From: Myxococcota bacterium
GTDB lineage: Bacteria; Myxococcota_A; Polyangia; Polyangiales; Sandaracinaceae
DNA length: 64,000 nt
Direction: 5' to 3'
Assembly: GCA_036149055.1 (NCBI GenBank)
Contig: JAYZQJ010000149.1
Coordinates: 27,852-91,851, forward strand
The notes under the pieces were generated by a model, which searched no databases, was not told where the DNA came from, and worked only from the letters and a program-made list of their open reading frames with translations. Positions 63,006-64,000 of this stretch are shown one piece after another (position 1 is the first letter of the stretch; each line of letters opens with the position of its first letter). A program made the translations under genes and the position numbers.

Positions 63006-63446
63006 TCAGAGGTCTTCGGCCTTGTCGCGGAAGCGCTCCATCAGCTTGGGCAGGCTCTCCTCGACGAAGAGCGCCTGCACCTCCGGCGGGATGGGCAGGT
63101 TGGTCTCCACCTCGGACTCGTAGTGGGCGACCGTCTCCTCGTCTTCGGTCTCCTCGAGCACCCACTTGCCGACGTTCTTGGTGAGGCTGGGCGAGTCGAC
63201 CAGCTCCCACGCGATCTCGCGGTCCGAGATCGCGTAACGGCAGGTGTACTCGGTCTTGACGTCGAAGCCGGCGAACGAGATGTCGACGTGGAAGGTGACC
63301 AGCGCCGCGTCGTCCGAGCGCTCCTTCACGTCGACCGACGAGACCTCGGGCAGCAGCTCCGCGTAGGACTCGAAGTCGAGCAGGACCTCCTTGAGCTCGT
63401 CCGGCGAGACGAAGGTCTCGAGCTTGGTCTTGGCCAGGGCCATCAT
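63006..63446 (-). CDS. SRPBCC/polyketide-cyclase (Coq10-like) protein
   Basis: VLLDFESY.E.LP, W.L......N.G.W, C-terminal helix. Confidence 0.8.
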   Translation of the reverse strand: MMALAKTKLETFVSPDELKEVLLDFESYAELLPEVSSVDVKERSDDAALVTFHVDISFAGFDVKTEYTCRYAISDREIAWELVDSPSLTKNVGKWVLEETEDEETVAHYESEVETNLPIPPEVQALFVEESLPKLMERFRDKAEDL

Positions 63447-63835
63447 TCTCCTCCGTGGCAGACGGCTTCCACGTTGTAGCCGTCGGGGTCGATCACGAAC
63501 GCGCCGTAGTAGCCCGGGTGGTAGTGCGCCCGGACGCCGGGCGGCCCGTTGTCGGTGGCGCCGGCGGCGAGCGCGGCGGCGTGGAAGGCGTCCACGGCCG
63601 CGCGGCTCTTCGCGGTGAACGCGAGGTGCGTCGAGGCGATCGCGCCGTCGGTCGGCGCGAGCCAGAGATCGGGCTTGCCGGCGCCGAAGCCGCAGGTGGC
63701 CGGCACGCCGAGCGAAGGGACCTGCTCCCGGGTCAGCTCCATGACGATCCCGTACCCGAGCGGCTCGAGCGCGGCGGCGTAGAAGGCCTTGGACCGCGCG
63801 TAGTCGCGGACCAGCAACGTGTAGTGGTCGATCAT
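63443..63835 (-). CDS. VOC/glyoxalase family protein
   Basis: MIDH, FY..AL..LG, HLAF.A, DNGPPG.R..YHPGYYGAFV.DPDG.NVEAV. Confidence 0.92.
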   Translation of the reverse strand: MIDHYTLLVRDYARSKAFYAAALEPLGYGIVMELTREQVPSLGVPATCGFGAGKPDLWLAPTDGAIASTHLAFTAKSRAAVDAFHAAALAAGATDNGPPGVRAHYHPGYYGAFVIDPDGYNVEAVCHGGE

Positions 63836-63857
63836 GACCCGGGGAGCGTACCCGGTT

Positions 63858-64000
63858 TCAGCGCGACTCCAGAAGCGCGAGGTGGTCGGCCAGCTCGGGC
63901 GGGAGCGGGGACTCGAAGCGGCGGCCGTCGGGCAGGGTCACGCTCACCGCGTGCAGCCAGAGGCGACCGGGGAAGCCGGGGACCGGGCGGAAGCGGCGCG
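63858..64000 (-). CDS. RluA-family pseudouridine synthase, C-terminal fragment (runs off the window)
   Basis: Minus strand translates ...PGRLWLHAVSVTLPDGRRFESPLPPEL...stop, resembling the RLxLHA...APLP end of RluA enzymes. Confidence 0.6.
   Translation of the reverse strand, partial: RRFRPVPGFPGRLWLHAVSVTLPDGRRFESPLPPELADHLALLESR

Overview
Very GC-rich, gene-dense chromosomal segment that looks myxobacterial (Polyangiales/Sandaracinaceae-like). This is inferred from a MYXO-CTERM-type protein, three Hanks-type Ser/Thr kinases, PEGA and AgmX/PglI-like domains, and many Cys-rich lipoproteins. About 60 genes are supported. They include housekeeping genes (udk, asnS, argG, an ABC-F ATPase, a partial RluA) and a TetR-TauE-amidohydrolase operon. 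There is also an ATP-grasp/CocE-NonD pair, a UPF0104 flippase/sulfatase-like fusion, an ECF sigma/FecR module ahead of a DUF1592/DUF1552 pair, a candidate metallothionein and a receiver plus KaiC-like pair. A split sugar-modification island (51-63 kb) has four divergent gene starts that share a sigma28-like promoter motif. Several REP-like intergenic elements are present, one apparently captured in frame inside a kinase. No rRNA, tRNA, CRISPR-cas, transposase or prophage was recognised. Product calls rest on motif recognition by eye, not on database searches. Many starts were trimmed relative to the ORF track.
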